Below, piece by piece: positions 1-13,100 of a stretch of 64,000 nucleotides of DNA; the first letter of the stretch is position 1, and each line of letters opens with the position of its first letter. Source of the stretch: Guillardia theta CCMP2712 (taxonomy: Eukaryota > Protista > Cryptophyta); assembly GCF_000315625.1 (NCBI RefSeq), contig NW_005434641.1:511113-575112 (forward strand). Reading direction: 5' to 3'. The notes below the pieces were generated by a model, which worked only from the letters and a program-made list of their open reading frames with translations, was not told where the DNA came from and did no database searches. Made by a program: the position numbers and the translations under genes.

Positions 1-1
1 T

Positions 2-1848
2 ATGGAAGGAATCTTTGCAGACCTCATATGCAGGCCTCCACGGTATCTGATTTACCCAACCATCGGTCCATTCATTTAACGTTTCGCCACAACAGGAAGC
101 GCTACTCCATTGAGGAGTTGGGGCCAGAAACATTTTGGCTCAATGGAGACCTGTACATCAGGAAGGACTTCCAGGCAGCGCGTCTTTTGTCCTTATTCGC
201 ACTGTATCTGACGAGCCAGAGCAGCTTAAGAACAGAAGCCAGATGAGTATTGCCTGCAGCCATTACTTTCCGGTTTGCAAGAAATCTGGTATCCCTTGCT
301 TGCATGATTTCGAATGCGATTTTGTAGTCAACAGATAGCAGGTCAAGCCAAGAAGAGCATCCCTTGTGTCGTGTACCTGCACGGCAACAGCGGCTGCCGT
401 CTGGAAGCAGATGAGCTAGCAGACGAGTAATTGCAGTGGAGGGATGGACTCGGAACTGAGTATTGTAACCCTTCCAGCTTTCTGAGCACAGGGATATCCT
501 TCTTCAGGTGAGGTGTAAGAACGATCGAGGAGGGGCTGCTCACCGTCTCTGCAGCGTCGACTTTGCAGGATGCGGTGTATCCGACGGAAACATCGTGACG
601 CTCGGGTATCGGGAGGTGCACGTCCATAACCTGAGGGGCCGAGGCAGCTGACCTCAAGTTGCAACAGAGAGAAGACTTGGAGGCGATCTTGGACTATCTC
701 AAGGTTGATGTGGATGCAAGTCTCTCCCTTCCTCCTCTCCCCCTTCCCCCTCTTCCCCTCTCTCGTTCTCTCGTCACTCATGCGCTGATAGGATGATTCG
801 TGCGTGTCCAATGTCGCACTGTACGGAAGGCAAGAGCAGCGATCGTCTGTGTTGCTGTTTTGACGTTGGGTGTAGGAGCATGGGAGCAGCCACTGCCCTG
901 CTGGTGGCTTCGGACGATAGATACTATGCTTTCATCTCTTGCATGGTCTTGGACAGCTGCTACTGCTCCCTCAGACAGGTTCGATTGTGACCAGTCAGTT
1001 TCAAGGGCACCGATGGCTTCGACAGGTGCTTTTGGATCATGCATGCAAGTTCACAGGGCACATTCCGCTTCTCCCATACGAGGTCAACTCTTAACTCAGC
1101 GGTAACTCATTGATCGAAAGTCATCAGACTGTGGCGGACAGCGCTGTGGAAGTAGTTCGTTCGGCAGTTGAGGCCCGGGTAACTTCTCGATGCTTCATCT
1201 CCTTGCTCAGTCATGCTGATCCTTGTTCGACGCAGGCCGGATTTGACCTCGACACTCTCGACCTTCTCAAGGTGTAGCGTTGCAGCTTTAATGTCTTCCT
1301 GGACTCACACCTGATAGGTGGCCTCCCTCTGCCAAGCTCCAGTCCTGTTCGGGCATGCGAGCGAAGATCATCTAGTCAACGCAGCTCATTCCTACAGGTG
1401 GCTTGCTGTCCTGCTGGTTCCAACCTCCCTCCTGCTCTGACTGCCAGGGCCTTGGCCTCTCGACAGATTATATCGCGAGTACGGTGGCGAGAAGGACATC
1501 ACCATCTTCAAGGGAGATCACAACAGCCCGCGGCCCCAAGACTTCACGAACAGGCTCGAGCCCTTTTTGGTTGATTTGGTTCGGCTTACCTCCCGCCTTT
1601 GCAGAGCTCGTGATTTTCTTGTCAAGAAGTTGAAGTCTGCAGAGACCGATTTCAATCAGATTCGAAAGGTGCACAAAATGCTCTGGTTCCATGTCATCCC
1701 TGTGACAATGAAGCAGAGGAAGAGGATCTTTCATCGCATGAAGTTCCATCTCTTCAAGAATTCTGCGTTAAAGGCCAAGAAGGAGCCTGTCTACAAACTT
1801 GGCGCGGTTGCGGTGATTGAGCTGCGTGGGAACCAGGACACGATCTGA
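2..1848 (+). CDS. Alpha/beta-fold hydrolase, YqkD-like (multi-exon)
   Basis: Manual splicing gives MEGIFADLICRPPR|KRYSIEELGP..., IACSHYFP, PCVVYLHGNSGCRLEA, DFAGCGVSDGNIVTLGYRE, nucleophile elbow LYGR|SMG (split by GC-AG intron 830-875) and the His motif KGDHNSPRP. The last exon ends at TGA 1846-1848. Confidence 0.85.
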
Positions 1849-1922
1849 ACGCTTGTTGGCAGGCAAGAAGTGAATGTAACGGATCGACCACGAGCAAAGA
1901 GCAAAGTCAGGAGGTCCGAGAA

Positions 1923-3330
1923 ATTAAGTTAGATGATCACACGAATTTCTTTCTGGTGTTGGTTGGCAGTATTGTCGCGGTCGTCGTCCTGTACGTGTTG
2001 AACTTTGGAAACATGGGGGTCGAGATGCACTACAGATACCTATGACGGTCTTGACAGAGACTGCAATCTTCATGCTTTGTACCATGTCTGTATTTTAGTG
2101 CGAAGTAAATCCAATTTTCTGGCGAGATGTGGGGAAGGTTGTAGTACACGAAGATGAAGAGGAGCATGGCAGGCAATCGCGAAATCACGGAAACAATCAA
2201 ACAAAACCAGGAGCCGGGGAGAGGACAAGCTGCAAGTCAGACATATCCGTGGGTCAGGTAAGAGTTCCTTCGATACGCTGCTACAGTAGAGCGCAGATCT
2301 TGTAGCTCTCGCTGCCTCATGGCACGCTCCCCTTGCAGCCTTCAAGGAACTTTCAGAGCACCGCAAAGGCTGCCGGGCAGCGACCTGAGTCGATGCTCTC
2401 TCTCCTCTCGAAACTGGTTCTGGGACATGGTCAGCGACGACCCCAGGAACTCGACCACCGCTCGGATCTCCTGCAGTGACTTCGCTGCCTCGCTTGAGAT
2501 TATCTTGGCCTTGCGCTCGACCTCAGCAGGGGAACAAAGTAGTCAGCCAGCAAGAGTTACCTTCCTGCTTGACTCTTCCGCTGTCTCTGCTCTGAGCTGC
2601 AACGCCCTTGCAGCGGCGACTATCCTGGCCTGCACTTCCACCGATCAGCGCAAGGTAGGGCAGGGAGAATCTTTTCCTCTTTCTCCCGCGAGAGCTCAAC
2701 GACTTTGTGAACGTGCTCTTGCGACTTCTCGGACACTCTCCTCACGCGATCTTCGAGGTCAAGGATGTATACTCCGGCCTTGTTGTAGTCGGACGTCAGC
2801 GATTGCATTGACGCCGTCAACTTGGCGTTGATGACTCTCAGATCTCTGCAGTTGATGCACATGTCCGAGTGCATCGTATGGAGCGGGGGCGCTTTTCCCA
2901 CGTACATGGGAAACTCTCTGCTGAACTTGAGGCCTCCGAGGTCAAACCATGGCTCGTTGATCTCAAATAGAGATCCGCGATCGGACCAGTAGTTCTTACC
3001 GAAGTTGAACTGCGCTGGCTTCGCATGCCTGTCATCATGATCCGGTCCCCCCCGCCCTGTAGAGTTGGGGTCTGGCATGTCGTGGTGCTTGCTGTCGGTG
3101 GCTAGGATCTGCTCAATGCTCTGCAGTCGCGTGCAGATCCTGTCGATATCAGCCCGCAACATGTTTGTATCTTCCATGGTTCGGTGTATTCGCCCGTCGA
3201 ACACTACCTGAGGCTGCCTGCTCCCGCTCCCGGGCTGTCCTCCCTGTCTGCTGCTCCTGTTGAGCCCCCCGTCTCTGCTCGCGTCCATGTTCGCGTCCCT
3301 ACCGCCCCCCAAAGCCTCCGGCGTCTGCAT
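1923..3330 (-). CDS. Hypothetical protein with C-terminal coiled coil (multi-exon)
   Basis: A long first exon from ATG 3330 (ORF 2620..3393) is followed by spliceable exons with heptad-like sequence (ARALQLRAETAEESSRK, VERKAKIISSEAAKSLQEIR). The 3' end is approximate. Confidence 0.5.
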
Positions 3331-3399
3331 GGGCCGGCCTGCGCCCTTGCAAGTTGAGCGTCCCCGTGAAAGGCAGGAGAAAGAAAAAGTCAATCATAT

Positions 3400-3830
3400 G
3401 TACCGTCCGGTCCGACACTGTGACTGACTCTGACTCTCACCAGGTCGGACCGCCGCCCGGTGGCGGCGGGGGCCGGGCCGGCCCGGGGCCCGGCACGGGC
3501 CAGGCACTGCGGCAGCCTAGCCTGTCCGGTCCGGTCCACGGGACCCGGGCACGGCACCCACGGCGTCACGGATCGCCGTTGGGCCTGTCCGGCAGTGTCA
3601 GGGTCAGGGCGCGGCCTCCTCGTTAACTTTGACTCCCGTAAAGGTTCAAGCCTCCTCGACTCTCCTGATTGTCCTCGTACTGATTTTTAACTTAACTTTG
3701 AGTGAAGGAAGCTTCAGTACTGCGGTATAGCCGCGGGCCGCCGCGGGGCCCGGACCCGGCCGGCCCGGCTTCTCGGAAGTTCACTGAACTTCCTCGGAGT
3801 CACCCGTCGGCCGGGCCGCTTCCGAAGTTT
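3400..3830. promoter_or_regulatory. CCGG-dense GC island in divergent intergenic region
   Basis: Dense ccgg/gggccc/cggcac words lie between the starts of a - strand gene (3330) and a + strand gene (4348). A regulatory role is inferred from position only. Confidence 0.4.
3677..3702 (-). mobile_element. Solo terminal fragment of the TIR element at 58251-58447
   Basis: The reverse complement ctcaaagttaagttaaaaatcagtac matches ctcaaagttaagttaaaaaagtcagtac at 58251-58278. Confidence 0.6.
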
Positions 3831-4347
3831 CGTGTTTGAATGAAATTTCAAACTCGCATTATAAGAAAACGAGGCGGGCCTGAGGAGAGGAGCACAATGG
3901 CGGCATGGGCGCGGGCGGACACGGAGGGCATGTTCGGAGGCGGCATGGAGCCAACGGTCGGGAGAGCAGACTCGGTGGCAGGTGAGCGACATGCAAGTGA
4001 CCCATGGCAGAACGAGTAGAGGAAGAGGAAGGCAGGCCGGAGGAGCAGGAGGAGTGGTAGAGGCGGTGCGGTTGTTCTAGGGAGGGCGATGCGTTGGACG
4101 GGGAGGTGGCGCAGCGAGCGGGGATCGCGCGTGTCTTGTGCAAGAAAACGGAAAATGCGAAAATAACGATGATGAGATGATGTAGCATGTCAGTGACTCG
4201 CAGCTCTCTAGGCTACAACCCCGGTGCAAGAATATCACTGCGAGCCTCCCGCCCTGGCACCGCAAAAGCAGGTGGTGTCTGGCGCTGGAGGAGGAAGTCG
4301 TTGACTTGCTGTGCTCAGGGCCGCCTCCACGAAGACCGCCGTCCATC

Positions 4348-7292
4348 ATGCCCGTGGTGAGGCCGCGGACTGCTGTCTCAAGTGCCCCGAAGCCAGCAGC
4401 GATCGGGCATTACTCCTTCCGCGTGGAGGAGAAGGCGTCTGTGCAGAGTGAGCTGAAAGTGCCGCCTGTTCTGCTCATGGGGAGGAGCAGCACAATGAGA
4501 AACTCATCGCAGAAGAATCAGCAGCGTGCTGAGCTCCTCAAGTACAAACTTCGTCCTGGGGCTCTGGAGGAGCTGGGGCTGGACGAGGAGGAGGGGGGAG
4601 AAGACTTCAGCGACGGCAAGAGCGTCTCCTCGACAGTGAAGTCCAGCACGAAGAACAGGATGTCGCCAGTTCCTGAGAGATACGAGATTGCTCCCTATGG
4701 CGGCAAGCGAGAGATCATGAGTCTGAAGCAGCAGATCATGGTTCCTGACATGTTGTGCTTCTTCAAGGACTGGGCTGACTGTTTGGCTGGCAGGAAACGG
4801 AGAGCGCGACATGGGATACGAAAGCACAGATTGACAACTTGAGGACCAAGACTCAACTGACGGCTGCTCTGGTGGAGGAGAAGGTCGGGCATGTGAAGCA
4901 GGCGAACAGCGTGCTGGACACGGAGCTGCAGGAGATCGAACGGCAGATCGACGAGCTGAAGAGGATCAGCAAGACGCAGGTGGAGGAGATCAAGACGCTA
5001 AGGGAGATGAACAGGAAGAAGGAGATGACGATAAATGACGACAAGAGGACGATGAGGGAGCTGGAGGAGAAGATCAGGGACTCTCAGGTCCTCAGTGACT
5101 CGGTCGACGTCCACAAGTCACCGGTGAGGAGCGAGGTCTCGAAGGAGAGCAAAGAGAAGGCCGTGCGGAGGAGCGAAGAGTTGCACGTGCAGGCAGAGAC
5201 AGAGGAGTTTGATCTGAACTCCCTCTCCATCCCCTTCGAGCTGCAGAAGCTGGTCTCCCTGGATCATATCAGGAACGAGTACGACGGGAGGATCTACGGG
5301 GAGAGAGGGAAGGAAGAGGAGGAGGAGCAGAGCTATCATCCGAGCCAAGATTTCATTCCGGTCTCCTATCTTTCTCCTCCTCTGCTCTCCTTCCTCGCTT
5401 TCTCCATTCCTCCTCTCGTATCCCCTTCGCCCCTTCCCCTCGCTTCTCTCCTCCTGAACGATGTTGCAGATTCCCCCATGGCTGTCCAGCAGCAAGCCTC
5501 CTCCCGACTGGTCTGATCAGGCGGGATCGCGGGTAGCAAACTACCAGCCGGCTGTGTCCTCCCTCCCCGAGGGTCAGCTTTCCCTGAAGCTCGTCCACGG
5601 CTACAACGGAGAGTCGTCAGTCCGCTGCCTTCTTCTCACCCAGACGGGGAAGCTTGTCTACCCAGCCGCCTCCGTCTGTGTGATCCTCGACACGGTCAAT
5701 CACGTCCAGGAACACTTCACGGAGCATGTGGATACTGTCATCCACCTTGTTGGACACCCCGGGGGCCTCGTAGTTGCCAGCAGCGACGCGGGGAAGCTAA
5801 ACAACATCTGTATCTGGGACAGCGAGAGCAAGGAGGTGCAGTCTCGGTTGCAAGGGTTCCACCAGGGGCCCGTGCTGTGCATGTCCTTCTCCCATGACGG
5901 GAACATCCTCGCGACGTTGGGGAGGGAGGAAAGCCACATGCTGTGCCTGTGGGACTGGAGGAAAGAGACCAAGTTGCTCCATACGAGGTCGCACGTCAAG
6001 CCGGCCATGTCCCTGACGTTCTTCCCCAAGGACGACTACGTGGCCTGCTGCGGGATCGAGTTCTTGCGGGTGTGGAAGATCAAGCAGAGCAAGATGGAGC
6101 TGGTGCATAGCAGCGATCAGTTCAAGAAAGACAAGGCCATCCACTGCTGTGCCCTGTCGATGGTGCTGAGGTACGACGGCCGGCCGACGACTTGCCTGGT
6201 TGTTGGCAACGACGAAGGATCTCTGCTGGTCTGGTCTTACAACGAGAACGCGGAGGACGCTCTGCCACAAGACGCGAGGGATGAAACCGTCATCAAGCTC
6301 AGAGACACGGAGAGGAGGGCCCACGATGGAGCTATCCTCCTCCTGTGTCATCATGCCGGTACGCCCCCCCCTCCCGAGCCTCCTCGTTCCACTGACGTGT
6401 TGCACTTGTCAGCTTCCACTAAATCATCTTCTCCTCCTTCCTCCTTCTTCACCGGTGGCCTCGACGGCCGAGTCAGATGCTGGGAACCTCATACCGTCAA
6501 GGGGATTCAGCCTGTAATACCAAGACACCGTCTCCCTCTTGCTCTCATACGAGCTTTCATCTCCCGTCCTCTCCAACCCCCTCCCTCCCCTCCCATCCTT
6601 TCCCCTGCCGTCCTCTCCTCCTTCCTCCTTCCTCCTTCCTCCGTCCACTCCTTCCTCTCCATCTCCCCCTTCCTCCGTCCACTCCTTCCTCTCCACCTCC
6701 TCCTTCCTCTTCCCCCCCCTCCTGTTCTCCTTCTCCTCCTTCCCACGTGCTGACTCTGCTGCAGGTCTGGACTGTTTCCATGGACGAGGTGTCAGCTGCC
6801 ATCTCTCCCACGTTCAAGTCGCACAAGTCATCCATCAGCGGGGTGACGTCTGGGAACAAACTCTACGTCGGGACCGTCCACAACGACATCTTCGAGTTCT
6901 CTCTGGGAGGAGGAGGAGCCCTTCCTTCCTTGAGCAGGAGCATCGTTCAAGGTCACTCCAACGGAAGCATCTTCAGCATGGACGTCCACCCGACCAAGAA
7001 CCTCGTTGCTACTGTCGGAGGGGACAAGACCCTTCGGGTGTGGAGGATAGGAGGCAGCAGGTCCGTCCCCCGCATCATCATGCTCAGTCAGGAGGAGAAG
7101 GGTCCTTCCCCCTCGGCCGTCTCCTTCAGCCCGGACGGTGAGCACCTTGCCGTGGGCTTCGAGGACGGGAAAGTTTGGATCTTCGATTTCTCCCTCCAAT
7201 TTGACAACATGCCAAACATGATATGGTCAGTGACAACTGCACCGCTTACTACTCTCCCTTCCCCTCTCTCTCTCCATCTCCTTGCTCCGCTA

Positions 7293-7356
<64 letters not shown>

Positions 7357-10045
7357 TCCTCCTCCTCCTCCTCCTCCTCCTCCTCCATAGCTTACGGATG
7401 TGCTCGTAAGACTTGAAGATGTCACCACCTCCTCCTTTTGCACCTTCCCATCCTCATCTTCCTCCTCCTCCTCTTTTCCTTCCCTAACGTTGTGCAGGGA
7501 ACCAGAGCCTTTACTGCTGAAGAACGAGGACGACAGCACAGTCAAGCTCTCCACACTTCCCAGTCCCATCACAGTGATCCGTTTCAGCCCGAGCAAGCCT
7601 TTCCTTGCCGTAGGCAGCAGCAACGGGAGGGTCACCGTCTTTCTTACTGAGAGCGATCAGAGCAGCTCCCTGTATCCAGCGAGGAAGCCCGTCAAGGCGC
7701 ATACAGGGCACGTGCTCGCTATCGACTTCACAGAGGAGGGAGACGTTCTGCAGACGCAAGGAGCAGACAACCGGCTGCTCTACTGGCGTGCGGAGGCAAA
7801 ACCAGCCTCTCCCTTCCTCTCGGTCTCGGAGGTGGACGGAGTGGGCGGGAGGAGGTGGAGCCAGTGGAGCAGCGGGATCGGGTGGGAGGTCGAGGGGATC
7901 AGCAGGATCGACTCTCTCTCCCTCGTCTCCACCTCCACCTCCATCTCCAAAGACGGCAAGGAGCTCCTGGCATGGTCGGACCATCGCCTCCGCCTCTACA
8001 GGTTCCCAGCTCGTCCTCCGGCGCTCTTCCGCTCCTACCTCGGCCACTCCTCCGTCCCTTGCGCCGCCAAGAGCAACTGGAACGACTCCTCCCTTGTCTC
8101 CGCCGGGTCTTCAGACCTCTGCGTGATCGAGTGGAAGTACAGGGAGAGGGCGGAGAAGGAGACTAAGACGCCGCCCTTGGTGGACCGCAAGGACAAGAGG
8201 AGGAGCTGGATGGAGGAGGAGATCGAGGGAATGGTCGTCAGCCTCTGCTTCGAAGACTCCTCAGGTATCGCCTCCTCCTCGTCCCTCCTCCTCAAGCTCT
8301 GGACCAACTTGCGGGATGCTCTGTGCGGCCTGCTGGGCGTCCCTCCCTCCAGGCTGCTCCTCTGCAACGCGTTGGGCCCGAAGCTCGAGCTGCTCGTTTG
8401 CCTCCTCCCACACGAGGAGGGGTGGGACCAGGAGCCGACGCCGCGTCGCCTCTTCGACCGGATGAGGAAGAACTTCGAGGACGGGGTCGTGTACAAGACC
8501 AGCACTGGCATCCCTTACCTCTCCTCCCCTCCCACTGTCCTGCAGACTCCTCGAGAAGAGGAGGACGAGTTCATGGGGATCCGGCCATGGCTGGGAACGA
8601 TCGCTCCTCCTTCCGACTGGAGCACGGAGCACGGGTCGGTCTCTCTCGGTTTCCTGCCCCCCCTCCTTATCGAGCGGGAAGAGGGAGGATACACGGCTCG
8701 AGCTCGCATGCCCTCCATCCTGCCCGGCTTGTTCGAGTCGAAGCTCACGCTGGAGCGTGTGCACGGATTTCTCGGTCGCTCTCCCCCCCTCCTCGTCTAC
8801 GTCGACAACAGTCGCCTCCTCTACCCTGTCGGGGCCATGCTTGTGCTGCATGATACGCGCTTCCGATCGCAGAGCTTCTTGCAAGGGCACGTCGGGGAGG
8901 TGACGTGCATGGCCGTATGCAAGAAGGAGGAGGCGGTGCTGGTGGCTACAGCAGAGAAGGGGCTTCACGCATGCATCAGGATATGGAACGTGGAGGACGG
9001 GAGGGAGCAACTGTGCCTCCGGGGGCTGGAGGAGGAAGGCGTTGTTTGCCTCTCCTTCCTCCTCCAAGACTACCTCGTCTCCGTCGCTGCCGACGAGTTT
9101 CACAGCGTCGCCGTGTGGGACGTCAGCAAGGGCTGCCTGCTGTGCAGGAGCGCCGGGGACATCAACAGGCTGTGGGGGCTGACCTGCTTCGTGAAGGAGA
9201 CGCCGGCAGGTCAAAACTTCGTAACTGTCGGGGTTGACACCGTTCGCTTCTGGAAACTCAACGTGTCGCGGTCAAGTTGCTCCTTGTCAAGTAGGAAGGG
9301 GCTCTTCGGGAGCAAGGGAGGGAAGCAGACGCTGCTGTGTGTAGAGAGCATGCTCCTGGAGGAGAAGGAGGGTGGAGAGGACGGAAAGGATAGTTTCATC
9401 ACTGTGTGCGGGTCAGAGAGCGGATCTCTCTTCGTGTGGAGGGAGAGGTCGCTGTGGTTGGACGGCAAGGCGCACGACGGTGCTGTACGCTCACTGTGCG
9501 TCTGCCAGGATCAACCTGAGAATTTCTTGAGCGGAGGGGAGGACGGGGTTGTGAAGATGTGGACTCTGAAGGACAGGAGCCTCGTCTCCGTCTTCCTCGT
9601 CGAGTGCAGGCGTCTGCTCCCTGCACTAGCGAGCTGCAGGCTGCTGTGCCTTGCTACCGTGGGAGGGGGAGGAACAAGACAGAGAGTTGCGATCGGGACC
9701 GATCGCCATGCGCTGTACGAGCTCGAACTTGACATGAAGGATGCAAAGAGGATCAAGATGGTGGTGGGCTCGTTCCAGGAGGTCAACTCCTCCCCCTCCT
9801 CCTCGGGCTGTGCCGCTCTCGCCGCCCACCCTCACTCCTCCTTCTTCGCAGCAGCAGGAGAGAACGGGACTTGCCGGCTGTGGGACCTGTCAGGGCACTC
9901 CCATATGGGCGAGATCGACCTCCAGCATGACTGCAAGGAGCTGGAGTTCCACCCGGGAGATTTGCAGCACCTGGCAGTGGGGCTGAGGAGGGGAGGAGTG
10001 AAGATTGTGCAGTATGCGCGAGGGGCAGGAGGAGCAGGAGCAGGT

Positions 10046-10123
<78 letters not shown>

Positions 10124-13100
10124 AGGTTCCTCCTATCCATGCTCTTCTCGCTCGAGCAGCGAACTTGTGGGGTCCGGAGGCTCAAGTACTCGCCCGACGG
10201 CGCCTACCTCGCCGTGGCGACAGAGGACAAGACTATTGACATCTATGTCGTAGCCCAGCAGTACTCCAGGTGGGGTGTGTGCAAGGGGCATGCTGACGAG
10301 GTCATCAACTTCGACTGGAGTGAGGACGGGTCCGTGATCAGGAGCAACGACCGGTGTTACAACCTCCTCTACTGGCGGGTGGATGCGATGAGGAGAGGTC
10401 TGATTGAGCCCTGCCGGTCCAAGGCAGAGTACTCCGACTCCTCCTGGGCGACTACCTCCTGCCCCCTCACCTGGTCCACCCAACATGTCGGGAAGATGTA
10501 CGAGGCGGTCAGTCAGATCCAGGACCTTGACAGGTCAAGGAACGGCTCCCTGCTCGCTCTCGCTGACTCCTTCGGGTACCTGCGAGTCTTGAGCTTCCCG
10601 AGCATCGATAGGGGCAGGTGCCTGGCGTACCGTGCGCATGCCGGTGGCTGCGGGCATGTGGCTTTCACGTATGATGACAGGAGGGTACTGTCAGCGGGGG
10701 TTAGGGACGGGTGTGTCATGCAGTGGAAGGTGGAGCTGCTGCCAGCAGAGACGAGCTCGCAACTTGTCTCAGAGCAAGGGAGGAGGCAGATCATCAACTC
10801 GTTCAACGGGCCGGAGGAGGGAGCGATGGAGTTGGGGGAGGTGGCAGGAGGGATGGGAAGGGCGACAGCAGTGGAGGAGGAGGGAGAGGAGGATTCTCTC
10901 CTGACGTTCAAACCCTTCATGTCAGCCATCTTCCCTCCTCAGACAGGAGGCAAGCACGCTGTGTTCAAACCTGGGCAGGCGCCGGAGGAGGAGCTTGAGT
11001 TGGACTACATCCATGGCTGTCACTTTGAGGCGTCCTGCAGCAACCTGCTCGTCACCAGGCTCCTCCATGTCGTCTACTCCCTCGCCAACATCGCCATCGT
11101 GCACGACTCGTCCTCCTCCTCCCAACGGTTCTGCTGGGGACACACAGACAGGGTACTGAGCATGGCGCTGCATCCGGACCAGAGGCTCTTTGCGACGGGG
11201 CAGGCGGGGCCGGACCCCTTGGTGTTCATCTGGGACAGCGAGGAGGAGGAGGTGAAACAGGTGGAGTCGAGCAGAGTCAAGTCTGTCAGGCATGTCTGGC
11301 AACATGTCAGTAACCGAGTGGTGGACGTCAGCTCGCTCTGCTTCGCGTCCAACGGCCGATACCTTGTGGTCCTGGGCGGCGAGACGCAGGTGGCAGTCTG
11401 GGACTGGAGGGTTTCCTCCTTGGTTGCTTGCGCCTCTGGGGACCCGAACCCAACCTTCTGCTCGTTGGCGAACCCCAAGTTCCAAAACCATCATCATCAT
11501 CATCAGCAGGAGCAGCACCAGCACCAGCACCAGCACCAGCACCAGGGAGAGGTCATGTTTGTCTCGTGCGGCTACCGGCACATCCTCTTCTGGACGATGC
11601 TGGGAGGGAGGTTGAGGAAGAGCTACGGAGACTTGTGCTCGAGGGGCCTCATCACCAATCACTACTCGCTCGAGTTTGTGCGCGACCTTCTCGTCTCGGG
11701 GACGGAGGAAGGCTACCTGTACATCTGGAAGGACAGCAAGTTGCTCAGTATCCACCATGCGCACTCAGGGCCGGTGCTCTCCCTCAGCAGCTCTTCACAA
11801 GGAGCAGGCGGCCCAGTGGTGGTGAGCGGAGGGGCAGACCGAGTTGTGAAGACCTGGAGGATCTTCGAGGACACGGAGGAGCTGGAGGCGACGAATGGCC
11901 AGGGGATCGCGATGGAGACGGTGACAAGGGGGATGACGACAGCAGCTCATCCAGAGTCCCTCGCGGTCCATGCGCTCCAGCTGCGGCTGGTCCCTCACGT
12001 GACGACCAACATGAGCCAGGAGGTCTGGAGGGTGGCGGTGGGGACGAGGCAGTCAGGCATCTTCCTTCTCACCCTCCCGTCGCTCATCTCCAACCTCAAG
12101 GAGGAAGTGCTCGAGTTCTACCAGGACAGCCTCAGCCTAAAGGTGTACAAGTCCGTCACCTACGACCTCTCCGACTCCTTCCTCCCTGCCGTCCAGTTCC
12201 TCAACGGAGGCCTCTCCTCCTCCGATCCCTCGAGCTTTGAAACCTCGCTCACCGCCCGCGCCATCGCCGCTAACCCCTGCAGCGAGAGCCAGTACGCCGT
12301 CGGGGACGCGGCAGGACGCGTGAGGGTATGGGACTCGTCGGCCAACACCTGCGTCAGCATCCTAGAGAGCAGGGAGAGCGAGGGGCGCGTGTTCAGCCTG
12401 GCCTACATGCCGCAGCCGGAGGACGCGAGGGACACATGGAGGGTCGTCGTGGGGCTCAAGGGGGGAGTTCAAATGTTCGACCAGAGCAGCGACGGTGATG
12501 ACGTGGAGATGTTGCGGGAAGGGATCGGGAGCAAGGACGTTGTCAGCGCCCTCAAGTTCTCGCAGCTGTGAGTTTCTACTCCTTCCTTCTCCCTGTCCTC
12601 CTCTCCTTCCTCCTCTCTCTCCTCGGTTCCCTCCCCCTCCCCCCCCTGTCTCCCTCCTCCTTTCCCTCACCGCTCATCACCCTCGTGCTAATCCTTTCGC
12701 AGGTGGGAGCGAGAAGACGTTCTCATGTGCTACCTGGCCGTCGGTACCAGCAGAGGAAGCATCCTTCTCTTCGAGTGGAGCTTCGAGACCGAGAGGTTTA
12801 CCAAGAGGTCCAAGCTCAGGGGTCACTCCGGCATCCTCCTCAACATCGACTTCTCCTCCGCCGACATGTCTGAGCCCTCGTACATGCGCAGCAACTGCAC
12901 GCGGTTCGAGCTCAGGCACTGGGACCTCCGGTCCTTCCTCGAGGTCCGGTCGGCCGCTCCTCTCAGGGAAGAAGTTTGGTCCTCCTCCTCCTGCTCCCTC
13001 TCCTGGTCGGCGACGGGAATCCACCCCGAGCTCTACGAGGTCGTTCCTGCCGTCGACGCTTCCCCCGACAACAAGCTCTTGGTTGCTTCCGGCCCCGGCG

